Below are positions 40,141 through 52,582 of a DNA stretch of 62,556 bases, one piece after another (position 1 is the first letter of the stretch; each line of letters starts with the position of its first letter). The stretch comes from Octopus sinensis (Eukaryota). Made by a program: the position numbers and the translations under genes. Under the pieces are notes generated by a model. That model was not told the origin of the DNA. It saw only the letters and a program-made list of their open reading frames with translations, and did no database searches. Location of the stretch: contig NW_021835456.1 of assembly GCF_006345805.1 (NCBI RefSeq), positions 1 to 62,556 of the forward strand, in the 5' to 3' direction.

Positions 40141-40910
40141 GTATTTGGTTGTATCATGAAGAATTTAAGTAGTAGTTGCAGAAAGTCGTGGTTTTACAAA
40201 GAAAATGAGAAACAATCTCTCACAATTTCAAAACCTGCACCTTCTCTACCCAGGTTATAAATATACGTTTCTACCCGTAATCGATTAGGGTACATCGTTA
40301 TGATAACGCTTTGAAGCATTAGTTTCAGTTATCAATGGTTCTTCTGGTAAAGTAAGAAAAAAAACCATTTCATCGAAACTTTGCTAATTTAAAACTGCGT
40401 GCTGAACAGTGAAATGATGAGAGTTTTCAACAAATTCAAAGCGTTGTAGCCTAAAAATCTAGTGGTTATGAGATTTTGATTCCTTAAGAAACAAAATGCT
40501 TCTTTGTTAGAAGCGTTATAGGAATTTAAAAAAAAAACTAACCAACTTCAAAACACAAGATTCTCATGCATACATTTATCCTTTCAACATTCCATCCATC
40601 CAAACAGCCAACCAACCAACCAACCATTCGTCAATCGATCATCTTCCTCCTCCATGCATACAAACATACATACATGTATACATATATATGAGGAGATAAA
40701 TGTATTATGGGCGGTCATAGAGACTTGTAGCCGAAGGCATCAATAAGACATACAGATTAGTTTATAGATAGTTAGACAGAGATAAATAGAAACAAAAAAC
40801 AGATAGATGGACAGAGAGACAGAGAGACAGACAGATAGATAGATTGATAGAAATACAGACAGAGAGATAGATAAGTAAACATATATATATGTATATATAT
40901 ATATATATAT

Positions 40911-40941
<31 letters not shown>

Positions 40942-41083
40942 GTATGTATGTATATATATATTATATATATATATGTATACATATATATGTATGTATGCAT
41001 GGATGTATAAATTTGTGCATATATGTATACATGTGTTTATGTATATATGTATCGGAGCTTGTGTCTATATTTATATATAATTT

Positions 41084-41126
<43 letters not shown>

Positions 41127-41489
41127 GCACATTCATAAATGCAAGTGTATACCTGCATACACTCACACACAAGCATACAACAAACAATCGCAAATGCAAC
41201 TAAACAAATAGCTATCTATCATTCCGTAAGTGTGCATCCAGAAATGTATATGTCGATATAAAAACATATACACACACATCCACAATATACAGAAACACAC
41301 ACAGGCACACGAACACACACACTCACATATATATATGTAGATATAAATGAATATATACATATATGTATATATGTATGTGTATATATATATATATATATAC
41401 GTATGTACGCATATATATCCATGTCTATATATACTTATATCTCTATCTGTAGTTTATATATATATATGCATATACATATTATATATATA

Positions 41490-41552
41490 TATATGTGTGT
41501 GTGTGTATGTATGTATGTATTATGTATGTATTTATGTATGCATATATATGTA

Positions 41553-41583
<31 letters not shown>

Positions 41584-41860
41584 GCATTATACATATATAT
41601 GTATGTGTATGTCTGTGTGCGTGTATGTATATGTGTATGTATATATGGAGTCTGAAATATATATAGATAATATATATATTACTCCAGACTCCATATATAC
41701 ATACACATATCCATACACGCACACAGACATACACATACATATATACGTATATATGCATATATAATATATATGTATATATATATACATACATATATATGCA
41801 TACATAAATACATACATAAATACATAAAACATAACACACACACACACAAATATATACATA
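41490..41860. repeat. Long inverted repeat (~170-bp arms, 30-bp loop at 41655-41684)
   Basis: ...gtctgtgtgcgtgtatgtatatgtgtatgtatatatggagtctg / cagactccatatatacatacacatatccatacacgcacacagac... Confidence 0.85.
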
Positions 41861-41869
41861 TATATATAT

Positions 41870-41926
<57 letters not shown>

Positions 41927-41929
41927 TCA

Positions 41930-42245
41930 TGTGAGAAAAAAGTTATCAGGACAGAAAGTTAGCTAGCTTTGATAAACAGATTTGTTTACAGATATATAAA
42001 CAGATCAATATATATAGATAATTATATTGGTGTATACGTTTATAGACAAACAGAGAGATAGACACACCATACAGGCAGGTAAGAGCTACGTATATATACA
42101 CTCGCATGCACATACATGCGCGCAAAGACGCACACATACTCCTACACTTATATAAATATACTCTTGTATACTCATATGTCAAGAAAATAAATTACTAACA
42201 GAAACCCAATACACGCATAGAAACATTTGTATGCGTGTGTGTATG

Positions 42246-42295
<50 letters not shown>

Positions 42296-42489
42296 TACAT
42301 ACATACTATGTATTTTTATTTATATATATATATACATGTGTGTATGTATATATATATATATCTTTTCATTTACGACGTAGTTGAGTAAATTGATAGCTTT
42401 TATATACAAGTAGATGCATATATGTATGCATATATATATGCATATATATATACATACATATATATATGGTATGTGTATATGTGTAGGTG

Positions 42490-42521
<32 letters not shown>

Positions 42522-42550
42522 TACATGAATATATATGCATATACATATGC

Positions 42551-42591
<41 letters not shown>

Positions 42592-42916
42592 ATATTCATG
42601 TGAGAGAAAAAGTTATCAGGACAGAAAGTTAGCTAGCTTGATAAACAGATTTGTTTACAGATATATAAACAGATCAATATATATAGATAATTATATTGGT
42701 GTATACGTTTATAGACAAACAGAGAGATAGACAACACCATACAGGCAGGTAAGAGTACGTATATATACACTCGCATGCACATAAGCGCGCAAAGACGCAC
42801 ACATACTCCTACACTTAATAAATATACTCTTGTATACTCATATGTCAAGAAAATAAATTATAAACAGAAACACCAATACACGCATAGAAACATTTGTATG
42901 CGTGTGTGTATGTCTG

Positions 42917-42963
<47 letters not shown>

Positions 42964-43160
42964 TGGATACATACATATATGTATTTATTTATATATATAT
43001 ATTACAGGTGTGTATGTATATATATATATATCTTTTCATTTACGACGTAGTTGAGTAAATTGATAGCTTTTATATACAAGTAGATGCATATATGTATGCA
43101 TATATATATGCATATATATATACATGTACATATATATATGTATGTGTATATGTGTAGGTG

Positions 43161-43192
<32 letters not shown>

Positions 43193-43240
43193 TACATGAA
43201 TATATATGCATATACATATGCATATATATATATATATACT
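41930..43240. repeat. Direct tandem duplication, unit ~670 bp
   Basis: gtgagaaaaaagttatcaggacagaaagttagctagc at 41931 and 42600; cttttcatttacgacgtagttgag at 42362 and 43032. Confidence 0.92.
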
Positions 43241-43373
43241 TCCCACCGTGGCGCTGTCGTCGCCGACGAAAGTGTCGGTGGCGGCCACACTGTTATACAT
43301 AGATATGCAAATGTATATAAATATGTGTGACTGTGTATATGCACATATATTTCAGAAAACTTGAGAGGGAGAA

Positions 43374-43404
<31 letters not shown>

Positions 43405-43483
43405 AAGAGAGAGAGATAGATAGATAGAGAGAGTCAGGGTGATAAAGAGTGAGAGAGACAAAGGAATAGTGAGAGGGAGAGTA

Positions 43484-43520
<37 letters not shown>

Positions 43521-43577
43521 GAGAGAGAAATGTAGAGAGAAACAAAGACAAACAGACAGACAAATGGTTATTTTTAC

Positions 43578-43771
43578 CATAGTCTAAAATCGCCAGACTA
43601 TTTACAACTGTGTACAACAATATAACCTTGTTAGTCTGGTTGGTTTGAATACTTAGATGTGTTGGCATGAAACTAATTTGGGATGTTGGAATCAACTGTA
43701 AAGACCAACCTATACAAGGAATAGAAAGAGAAGTAAAAAAAAAAAACATTAGAATTTTTACCTCCAGGCAT
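43578..43771 (-). CDS. Candidate 194-nt exon, phase 2 to 1, encoding a signal-peptide core and start of an ectodomain
   Basis: Acceptor ttttttttcatttgcatag, donor ATG|gtaaaa; [64 protein letters not shown]; in frame with ATG ACT ATA TTC AG| of 45443. Confidence 0.5.
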
Positions 43772-44444
43772 CTATGCAAATGAAAAAAAAAAACATTATT
43801 ATTATTATTATTATTGTTGTTGTTGTTGTTGTTGTTGTTGTTCTTGTGATTTTTTTTGTTCGTTGCTATTAATATTGATTTTTAAGAGAGGCACAGAACA
43901 GAATCTTGTATGATTTATAGTAAGAGCGAGGACAATTATAAAAAGTATCGTTGATTTTAACTTGTATAATTAGCGAAGTAATTGTAGCTATTATTTAAAG
44001 AAAAAGCACGATAGCTGTAATTAATCAAGATTATGTTCGTACAGAATAGAGGTGAATATTATTATTTTAAGCAAATGCGGTAGAGTACAGTATACATGGA
44101 TTTTAAAACTGAGTTCGGCTGAAGTTCCTAAGTAAGAGCTGATGGTTTTCAAAAAGTATTTAAAAACATTTACCAGTAAGCAAGGGAAATAAATCCAATG
44201 CAATCAAATAATTGAAATGTTTTGCTGTTGGCAATGAGTCAGCAGATGAGAGTGCGGTTGTATTTAATGTCAAGTGGTGAAACAAATTGACGTGTTTCAG
44301 CCTCATTAGGTTATTTTAGCAAAGTATAGATATTTTCCCCATTAGGCAAAACCAGGAGAGACTACGGCTAGTAAGCCGAAACTTCGAAGTTATTGTCAGC
44401 ATTTTCTCTGAAAATATTAATGAATATACAAGCGTACGAATTAG

Positions 44445-44603
44445 GCCTAGGAGTGGCTGTGTTTTAAGTAGCTTGCTTACCAACCACATGTTTCCGGTTC
44501 CAGTCCCACTGCGTGGAACCTTGGGCGAGTGCCTTCTACTATAGCCTTGTGTCGACCAAAGCCTTATGAGTGGATTTGATGGGCGGAAACTGAAAGAAGC
44601 CTG

Positions 44604-44650
<47 letters not shown>

Positions 44651-44790
44651 TGTATATATGTTTCTGTGTCTGTGTTTGTCCCCCCGTATCACTTGGCAAC
44701 CTATGCTGGTGCTTTTACGTCCTTGTAACTTAGCCGGGATCCAGCATGGCCACAGAGAAATGACTGAAACAAGTAAAAGAATAAAAGAAT
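44445..44790 (+). mobile_element. SINE family B, internally deleted
   Basis: ggagtggctgtgttttaagtagc head, gactgaaacaagtaaaaga tail. Confidence 0.85.
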
Positions 44791-44929
44791 AGAAGACTAT
44801 ACTCTACTAAAAAGTAGAGTTTTTAAATTTAGCGTTAAATTGCTTCTATTTATAAATTCACATAAAATCACATATCAATCTATATGATGGATGAACAAAA
44901 ACAAGAAAAACACAAAAGAGACAAATTTT

Positions 44930-45230
44930 AAGGAAGGTGTTATTAGTATAACTCTTGAGAGAAAAAGTGAAATTGTTTTAAACGTTTCGGATATTAGTCC
45001 TTCACCAGAAAAACGAAAAAGAAAACGGAAGGTGGTGGAAAGAAGGGAAGAAGTTTAAGGGCTGGATGGGAAGGAGATATGAAGAGAGAAAGTGTTGGGA
45101 AGTTGTGTAACTTTTATAGAAGGGCATCCATGTAGAAAGATAGGCAGAGGGGTACTGGGAGTGTAAGCGGTGTGGGTACGGATGCGTGTGCGTATATACG
45201 GATGCTATGCTTATTAATAAGTACAAACAT
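44930..45230 (-). mobile_element. Penelope-like 3' end / terminal repeat with hammerhead motif (44976-45013)
   Basis: UUUUU-CUGGUGA-A-GGA cuaaua UCC-GAAACGUU-UAAAA; flank homologous to the 18620 and 56705 repeats. Confidence 0.6.
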
Positions 45231-45442
45231 GATAATATCTCTCATATAAAACGTAGTTAGTTGAGAGACTTTGTTCAAATGAAAATATCAAAGCAATTAG
45301 AAGACAAAAAATTTCTTAGTTCGTTTAAAATAATAAAAAGCAAAAAGAAAAGTAATGTAGCAACTCCAGCACCCGAACTTCAGGAGAAGTATTGGTAAAA
45401 AGAAGAAAAAGAAACTCGCAATTTTCAGTTCCATTTTCTTAC

Positions 45443-45472
45443 CTGAATATAGTCATGAATGTTGGGTGATGA
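45443..45472 (-). CDS. Candidate 30-nt exon containing a start codon (MTIF-R)
   Basis: Acceptor cttttattccccatcatactttttcag, donor CAG|gtaaga; may instead be the end of a longer first exon (frame open from ATG ~45558, MHPVMYYY...). Confidence 0.5.
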
Positions 45473-45734
45473 CTGAAAAAGTATGATGGGGAATAAAAGC
45501 AGCCGAAATGGCGTCCCACCAAAGGATCTCTAGAGTAATAGTACATAACAGGGTGCATAACTCGAAAATTAGGGAGTTTTTCCACGTCGAACCATTACTT
45601 CGCACTAATAAATCATAGATCCTGTACCTTGTGTTTAGAATGTCGCAGGGAAGAATTACAAGGCGGATTCTTTAAGCCGAGCCTAGCTAGGAATAGATCA
45701 AATGCGAGATAGTTGGATAATGTCCATAGTCTTT

Positions 45735-45790
45735 ATTGGCCACGCTTTGGAATACAGCTGGAAATTCTATTGGCGGTTGCTTCTGATTGG
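45735..45790 (-). promoter_or_regulatory. Three CCAAT boxes (candidate NF-Y promoter)
   Basis: ATTGG at 45735, 45769 and 45786 in unique DNA just upstream of the minus-strand exons; plus-strand donor GAT|gtaagt at 45947/45948 on the other side. Confidence 0.4.
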
Positions 45791-45985
45791 ACCTTATGGA
45801 GGAGGTGCCTGAGAAATGTAACCCCACGAGCCTCCCAAGAATTATAGGTGGAGTAGATGTGTGGATGGAAAAAGGAAGAAAGGTTACTCCGATAAAATCA
45901 GTAGACATTGTAGATTTGAATGAGGTTAGTCTCCGATACGAACTGATGTAAGTAACGAATAGGTGTGTTAGGCGTATCTTCGAAG

Positions 45986-46610
45986 TACGAGGTGGTATGG
46001 AAAACTTCCCGGACTAGTTCTATAGCGCGCCAACAAATAGCAGTACACGGTTGCGATCGCAGTGAGAGTTAGCAGCGACCTTCATGAAGCAGTGTGCCGA
46101 GTGACATCGCTGTGTTTACTTGGCTGGTTGTGAAATTTTTGTTTTTTAGTGATCACGTGTTTGTTGTAGTCTGCGATTTTGTCATGGACGGGAACAAAGA
46201 GCCAACGTGAAATTTGGCGTTAAACTTGGAAAGTCTGCTACAGAGACATTAAACATGCTTTGGCAAGCTTACAGCGACGAGACAATGGGTCATACGCAAT
46301 GTTTTGAATGGCACGGGTGTTTCAAAAGCAGAAGTACGTCGCTGGATGACGATGAGTGATCTGGAAATGTGGTACTGTACGACTAGAATAGGCCTCTCAG
46401 GACCGGGCCGTTAACCGTGAGTTAACATTCGACCGGCCGTTAACATTCGACGAAAGCGACCGGATCTGTGGAACATGAAGGTTTGGATTCTTCACGACGA
46501 CAATGCACCCTGTCACCCTGTCCGAAGGAGATGATGTTAAAACTTCGGTAAATAAGTTATTATTTTTATTAAACATAACTAGTCCGGGAACCTTTTGACG
46601 CTACTTCGTA
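45986..46610 (+). mobile_element. Internally deleted mariner element
   Basis: ~34-bp imperfect TIRs (..ttcccggactagtt / aactagtccgggaa..) with TA flanks; transposase N-terminus ANVKFGVKLGKSATETLNMLWQAY...CFEWHGCF fused to RPDLWNMKVWILHDDNAPCH. Confidence 0.93.
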
Positions 46611-46852
46611 TGTATATAAAATATACTTCAAAGAAAGCAGCAGAGAAGAGCGTATAATACAAATATAATATAGCAATTTTCTTATTATCATAAATATACT
46701 ACAGCCCCAGTTATATGTTATGAGTTAAAAATCTTTAAGCACTTTATATTATCTCTTCAACTCGTTAGCTTGGAATAAAATTATCTGTATTTCACTAATG
46801 AAACTCGAAGTAACGGCATTGCTATTGAATATAAATTATATGCGCGCGCACA

Positions 46853-46891
<39 letters not shown>

Positions 46892-47330
46892 GCACGAACA
46901 CACACACACATACGCATGCACGCACACACACCCACGCACGAACACACACACACATACGCATGCACGCACACACACACACACGCACAACACACACACAACA
47001 CACAATATATATATATATACACACAAACATACATACACATACATATATACGTAAAGGAGTGAAACGATGGCGGACAAGTTTCAACAATGATGTTGTTATG
47101 ACGTCTTTGGATTTGGTTTGCAAGATTCTTTATGTGAGTCCGTATGTTGAAGCATATACTGTTGTGTCTGGGGAGAGTCCTTCTCCTATAGTGCTACATA
47201 ATTTTACACACTCACCGGTAAAATTTCCACTTATTTTCTTCGTTATTTTTCTAAAATTTTCGTTGCGTCTTGCAACCTTTTCAATAGTTTTGACTCAGTT
47301 ATTATGACACTTGAAAGAAAGAGAGAGGCC

Positions 47331-47365
47331 TTTCAACGTTTTGACATTGGTCCTTCATCAGAAAA
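47331..47365 (-). ncRNA. Degenerate minimal hammerhead motif (PLE type)
   Basis: UUUU-CUGAUGA-AG-GAC caau GUC-AAAACGUU-GAAA; G12 missing or mutated. Confidence 0.55.
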
Positions 47366-47834
47366 AAGAGAAAGGAGGCAATGCAGAAGAGAAAGATTGA
47401 GAGAAGAAACGAAAAATATATACATTTATATTGTTGACTTCGTAAGAATTTATAAACTTTCGAGAGAACGTGGAATACGTCGACTTATTCTATTCAAGAG
47501 AGAATTATACATGCACTCATGCATACACACACGTATACATACATATATATATATATATATGACAAAACAGACTCATAAGAGGCTGATTTTAATAAAATTG
47601 ATGAAAAGAAAAAAGTGAACTTGCCATGTGGAGTGGAAAATGAAAGGTTTTGGGCAGAGTTATACTCCGAGTAAAAGTTGTAAGAAAAAACATTAATGGG
47701 AAAGGGGCTTGGATTTACAAGGCGTTCTATCTAATATGTCAGCCATAACGGCAATTTTAAGCAAGAGAGTACTCGGTGGCACGTGGCAGGGCAAACATAT
47801 TTACTTGTGGCTGGATATTCCATTTTTCCTTAGA

Positions 47835-47873
47835 ACTACTTTGTTTCACCAAGATGTGGCTCTTCAGGTAATG
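47835..47873 (-). ncRNA. Hammerhead motif with intact core and weak stem I
   Basis: AUUAC-CUGAAGA-GCCA caucu UGGU-GAAAC aaa GUA|GU. Confidence 0.55.
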
Positions 47874-47965
47874 GTGGTTTCATGGCAAAGAATTCATCAA
47901 GGTATCTTTTCACGTCATCCAAGGAATTGAAATTTTTACCATTAAGACTATTCTGCAGAAACCTG
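47874..47965 (-). mobile_element. Mariner transposase C-terminal fragment
   Basis: [30 protein letters not shown]. Confidence 0.85.
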
Positions 47966-48078
47966 AATATATAAATATGTAAATATTACACCTATATAAG
48001 ATTTCCTTTTGCAGAATACATATATATATATATATATATATACACATACACAAATATACATACATAGATATGTGTACA

Positions 48079-48131
<53 letters not shown>

Positions 48132-48639
48132 CATATACTCTTTATATATATATATATATAGATATATACACATAGATATAGTCATATATATGTTTATATG
48201 TATATATGTTTATATTATACATATATATATATATATTAATAGACATATGACTAAAGATGTCCGCGTGTGCGCGCATGATATATATATATATATATTTATA
48301 GACACACGCTCACATACACAAGAATAGAGGTGTGTGTGTGTGTATAGTTGTAATAGAGCTATCTCATAAAAGGCAAAATATTTGTTTACCTGCTTACAAA
48401 AAAAAAAACAAAGAAAAAGAAAGGAGAATGAAAATAAAATTGATAAACAAAATCGACAACATCAAAACAAAAAATTCGGAAAAAAGTTTAATAATAGAAC
48501 AGTAGAAAATCGATAATAATAGTGTAAAGACAAATGTAGAACAATATTGAAAAAATAACAACTGTACAACTACTAACACTACCACCACCACGGCCACAAC
48601 CACAGCTACCCCACTGACAAAAACAATAACAACAACAAC

Positions 48640-48960
48640 ATCAATAATAACAGGTACAACACTACGACTATTATCGTCACCACCGCCAACACCACCACCG
48701 CCAACACCACCACCGCCAACACCACCACCGCCAACACCACCATCGCCAACACCACACCGCCAACACCACCCCTGCCAACACCACCACCGCCAACACCACC
48801 AACGCCAAAACCACCGCCGCCAACACCACCACCGCCAGAACCACCACCACCAACACGACCACCGCCAACACCAACACCGCCAACACCGCCAACACCACCA
48901 CCGCCAACACCACCAACGCCAACACCACCACCGCCAACACCAACAACACCAACACCAACA
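48640..48960. repeat. (ACACCACCACCGCCA)n 15-mer minisatellite with a unique leader
   Basis: Leader acaggtacaacactacgactattatcgtcacc recurs at ~51135. Confidence 0.85.
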
Positions 48961-49724
48961 ACAACAACACCACCAACAACAACAAAAACATGAACAACAA
49001 CAACAAAGCGCCTACTAGTCACCACCATCGCCACCACCACCATCTCCACCACAATCAAAGGCACCACCATCGCCACCATCACAACCACCACAACATCCAC
49101 CACCACCACCTATGTCACCGCCACCAGCAGGAACAACGACGACAACAGCAACCACAACAACATTACCTACTATTACCAGCAAAACATGAATGGAAATTTC
49201 GAGGAAGAAAAATAAAAAGAATAATGTTTAAAGATTAAACTGGTATTTGATCAACAACATTAGAGACGTGTATATGTGTGTGTATACGCACACGTGCGTG
49301 TATTTGAGTGTGTGTGAGCGTGTGTGTGTGTGTGTGTATGTGTGAATATACGTGTTTGTATATGAATGAGTGTGTATTGTTAGAAAATGGGTACACACGT
49401 ATGTAGGCATATATTAATATATGCACGTATATATATATATATGTATATATATATATGCGTGTGTGTGTGCACGCGCACGTGTATGTGAGTGTGTGCGTGT
49501 ATATAGATAGATGTATATATGTATATATATATATACAAACATATATATGTATGTGTATATATGTATATATGTATATATATATATGCATATATATATATAT
49601 GCAAACATATATACATATATGTATATATATATGCATATATATATATACAAACACACACATATGTCTGTGTATGTGTGTGTGCGTGTGCGTGCGAATGTGT
49701 ATGTGAGTATGTGTGTATATAGTA

Positions 49725-49768
<44 letters not shown>

Positions 49769-50014
49769 TCTATACACATACACATACACACATATTTATA
49801 TATCTATACACCCGACAAATTTCTTTAATAAAATATACGTTCAGGAAAGTGGATAATACTGCAAATGAATACCTGAAGTGTATATGAAATATTTACGGAT
49901 ATGGAAATATGTATATATGTATGTATGTATGTATATATACACGTACATATACAATTATATGTGTACAGTATATGCATTTAGATATATATATAAACAAATA
50001 TAAAATAAATAAAT

Positions 50015-50260
50015 GCGCCCTTTTAAAGCCTAGTCAGGATCATGGGCCCGGTTTCCCGGTTTCTATGGCGTATCTGTTCCCCCAACTGGACGAAACGCCA
50101 GTCCATCGCAGCGTTACTCATTTTTGCCAGTTGAGTGGACTGGAGCAACGTGAAATGAAGTGTTTTGCCCAAGAACACAACTGGTCGTCCGGTCCAGGAT
50201 TCGAAACCACAATCTTGCGAGCATGATGCTGGCACCCTAACCACTAAGCCACGCACCTCC
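50015..50260 (-). mobile_element. SINE family C variant
   Basis: Head reverse complement ggaggtgcgtggcttagtggttaggg; B box gtttcgaatcc; CORE-like ttcttgggcaaaacacttc. Confidence 0.85.
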
Positions 50261-50344
50261 ACATATAAACAAATGCTAGTGCATATATATGATGGACTCT
50301 CCTGTGAAACGACGTATAAGGGTTCGACAATTTCTTACCGAAAT

Positions 50345-50590
50345 AGTGATCAGATGATTTGTTTATGGTGATCAGATATTTGTGTAGACATAAGCTCACT
50401 CCCTGCATCAGATCGACGTTACCTGTACAGGTGCAACTGGGTGCTGTATATCAGATGCCGAAATGATCGCAGAGCAACGTGAAATGACGTGCTTTGCAAA
50501 AGAAGGCAACGCAACGCTCGGTCAGGGAATCGAACCAACGATCTCGCAACCGCGAGTTCAACACCTTAACCACTAAGCCATGCGCCTTCA
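50345..50590 (-). mobile_element. SINE family C variant with a different 3' end
   Basis: gaaggcgcatggcttagtggttaagg head; gttcgattccc. Confidence 0.8.
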
Positions 50591-50711
50591 CATCATACGT
50601 ATATTTGCCTCTCCCTCTCCCTCTCTCTCTCTCTGTATATATATATAGATGTACACCTACACACACATACATATATAAAAACACGCGCGTGCACAAACAC
50701 GCATATTCATT

Positions 50712-50832
50712 TCTACTCAAGGCATATCGGCCCGAAACTTTGGGTAGGAGGCTAGTTGATTAGATCGGCTCCAGTAAGTAACTGGTACTTAATTTATCGA
50801 CCCCGAAAGGATGAAAGACAAAGTCCACCTCG
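50712..50832 (-). mobile_element. SINE family A, 3' part
   Basis: aactggtacttaatttatcgaccccgaaaggatgaaagacaaagtc. Confidence 0.8.
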
Positions 50833-51124
50833 GACACACACATATGTATTGTCTGGTATGTAATATTAATAAGAGCATTAGCTGTAATAATGAGAGTAGA
50901 GAAAATGCTTGCTACAATGGGGACAAGAACCCAAAAGCTTGCAGAAAGGGGCTTGACGAATACTTCAAACTCAGTGTTCAGCTATTACACTCCGAAGGAA
51001 GAAAGGCAAAGTCAACTTTGGTGGTATTTGAACTCGGAACGTAAAAGACGAGCGAAACGGCGCTACGCATTTTGTCCGGCAAGCCAACGGTTCTGCTTCT
51101 TCCAGCTATTATAATCCTTTCTAC

Positions 51125-51420
51125 ATCAATAACAACAGGTACAACACTACGACTATTATCGTCACCACCGCCAACACCACCACCACCACCACCACCACCA
51201 CCATCGCCAACACCAGCACCGCCAACACCACCAACGCCAACACCACCAACGCCAATACCACCACCGCCAACACCACCACCGCAACACCACCATCGCCAAC
51301 ACCAACACCGACAACACCACCCCTGCCAACACCACCACCGCCAACACCACACCGCCAACACCACCGCCGCCAACACCACCGCCGCCAACACCACCGCCGC
51401 CAACACCACCACCACCAACA
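51125..51420. repeat. Second copy of the 15-mer minisatellite block
   Basis: Same leader and unit as 48640-48960. Confidence 0.85.
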
Positions 51421-51422
51421 AT

Positions 51423-52442
51423 GCCTGAAATTTTGGGGGAAGGGACTAGTCGACTTGATTGGCCCCAGTGGGCAACTGGTATTTAATTTATCGATACCGA
51501 AAGGATGAAAGGCAAAGTCAATCCCTGCAGCATTTGAACTCAGAACACGAGGACAGACGAAATAACACAAAGTATTTCTCTCGGCGTGCTAACGATTCCG
51601 CCAGTTCACCCGCCTTATTTCTTATTTCTTTATTGCCCACAAGGGGCTAAACATAGAGGGGACAAACAAGGACAGACAAACGGATTAAGTCGACTACATC
51701 GACCCCACTGCGTAACTGGTACTTAATTTATCGACCCCGAAAGGATCAAAGGCAAAGTAGACTTCGGCGGAATTTGAACTCAGAACGTAACGGCAGACGA
51801 AATACTTATTTCTTTACTACCCAGAAGGGGCTAAACAAAGAGAGGACAAACAAGGACAGACCAGCGGATTAAGTCGACTACATCGACCCCACTGCGTAAC
51901 TGGTACTTAATTTATCGACCCCGAAACTATCAAAGTCAAAGTCAACCTCGGCGGAATTTGAACTCAGAACGTAACGGCAGACGAAATTTCTTTACTACCC
52001 AGACGAAATTTCTTTACTACCCAGAAGGGGCTAAACAAAGAGAGGACAAACAAGGACAGACCAGCGGATTAAGTCGATTATATCGACCCCAGTGCGTAAC
52101 TGGTACTTATTTAATCGACCCCGAAAGGATGAAAGGCGAAGTCGGAATTTGAACTCAGAACATAAAGACAGACGAAATACCGCTAAGCATTTTGCCCGCT
52201 AACCTTTCGCCGTCTTGCCATTTATTCTTTTCTACTCCAGGCACAAGGCCCGAAATGTTTTGGGGAGGTGGCCAGTCGATTAGTTCGACCCCAGTACGCA
52301 ACTGGTACTTAATTTATCAACCCCGAAAGGATGAAGGGTAAAGTTCGACCCCGGCAGCATTTGAACTCAGAACGCGAAGACAGACGAAATAACACTAAGC
52401 ATTTCGCCCGGCGCACTAACGGTTAGGCCAGCTCGCCGCCTT
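51423..52442 (-). mobile_element. Head-to-tail array of five SINE family A units
   Basis: Units at ~51423, 51617, 51805, 52010 and 52220, each with the ggtacttaatttatcgaccccgaaa core. Confidence 0.92.
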
Positions 52443-52454
52443 GCCAGTTATTAT

Positions 52455-52537
52455 AATGACGATGTGTGTCGGATTGTTGTCGCTGCTGCTGTTGTTGATG
52501 ATGACGATAATGCTGCTGCTGCTGCTGCTGCTGCTAC

Positions 52538-52582
<45 letters not shown>

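Noticed and set aside
43762-43771. 10-nt microexon ATGCCTGGAG followed by a 52-nt intron
   Set aside because: The intron would be very short; reading through gives the signal-peptide frame, which is more parsimonious
44174-44407. 234-nt phase-1 exon-like segment on the minus strand
   Set aside because: Contains an in-frame TAA and overlaps a decayed hammerhead/PLE end on the opposite strand
45823-45855. PRIIGG trypsin-like activation motif
   Set aside because: No downstream PW or C-G-G/His motifs; likely coincidence
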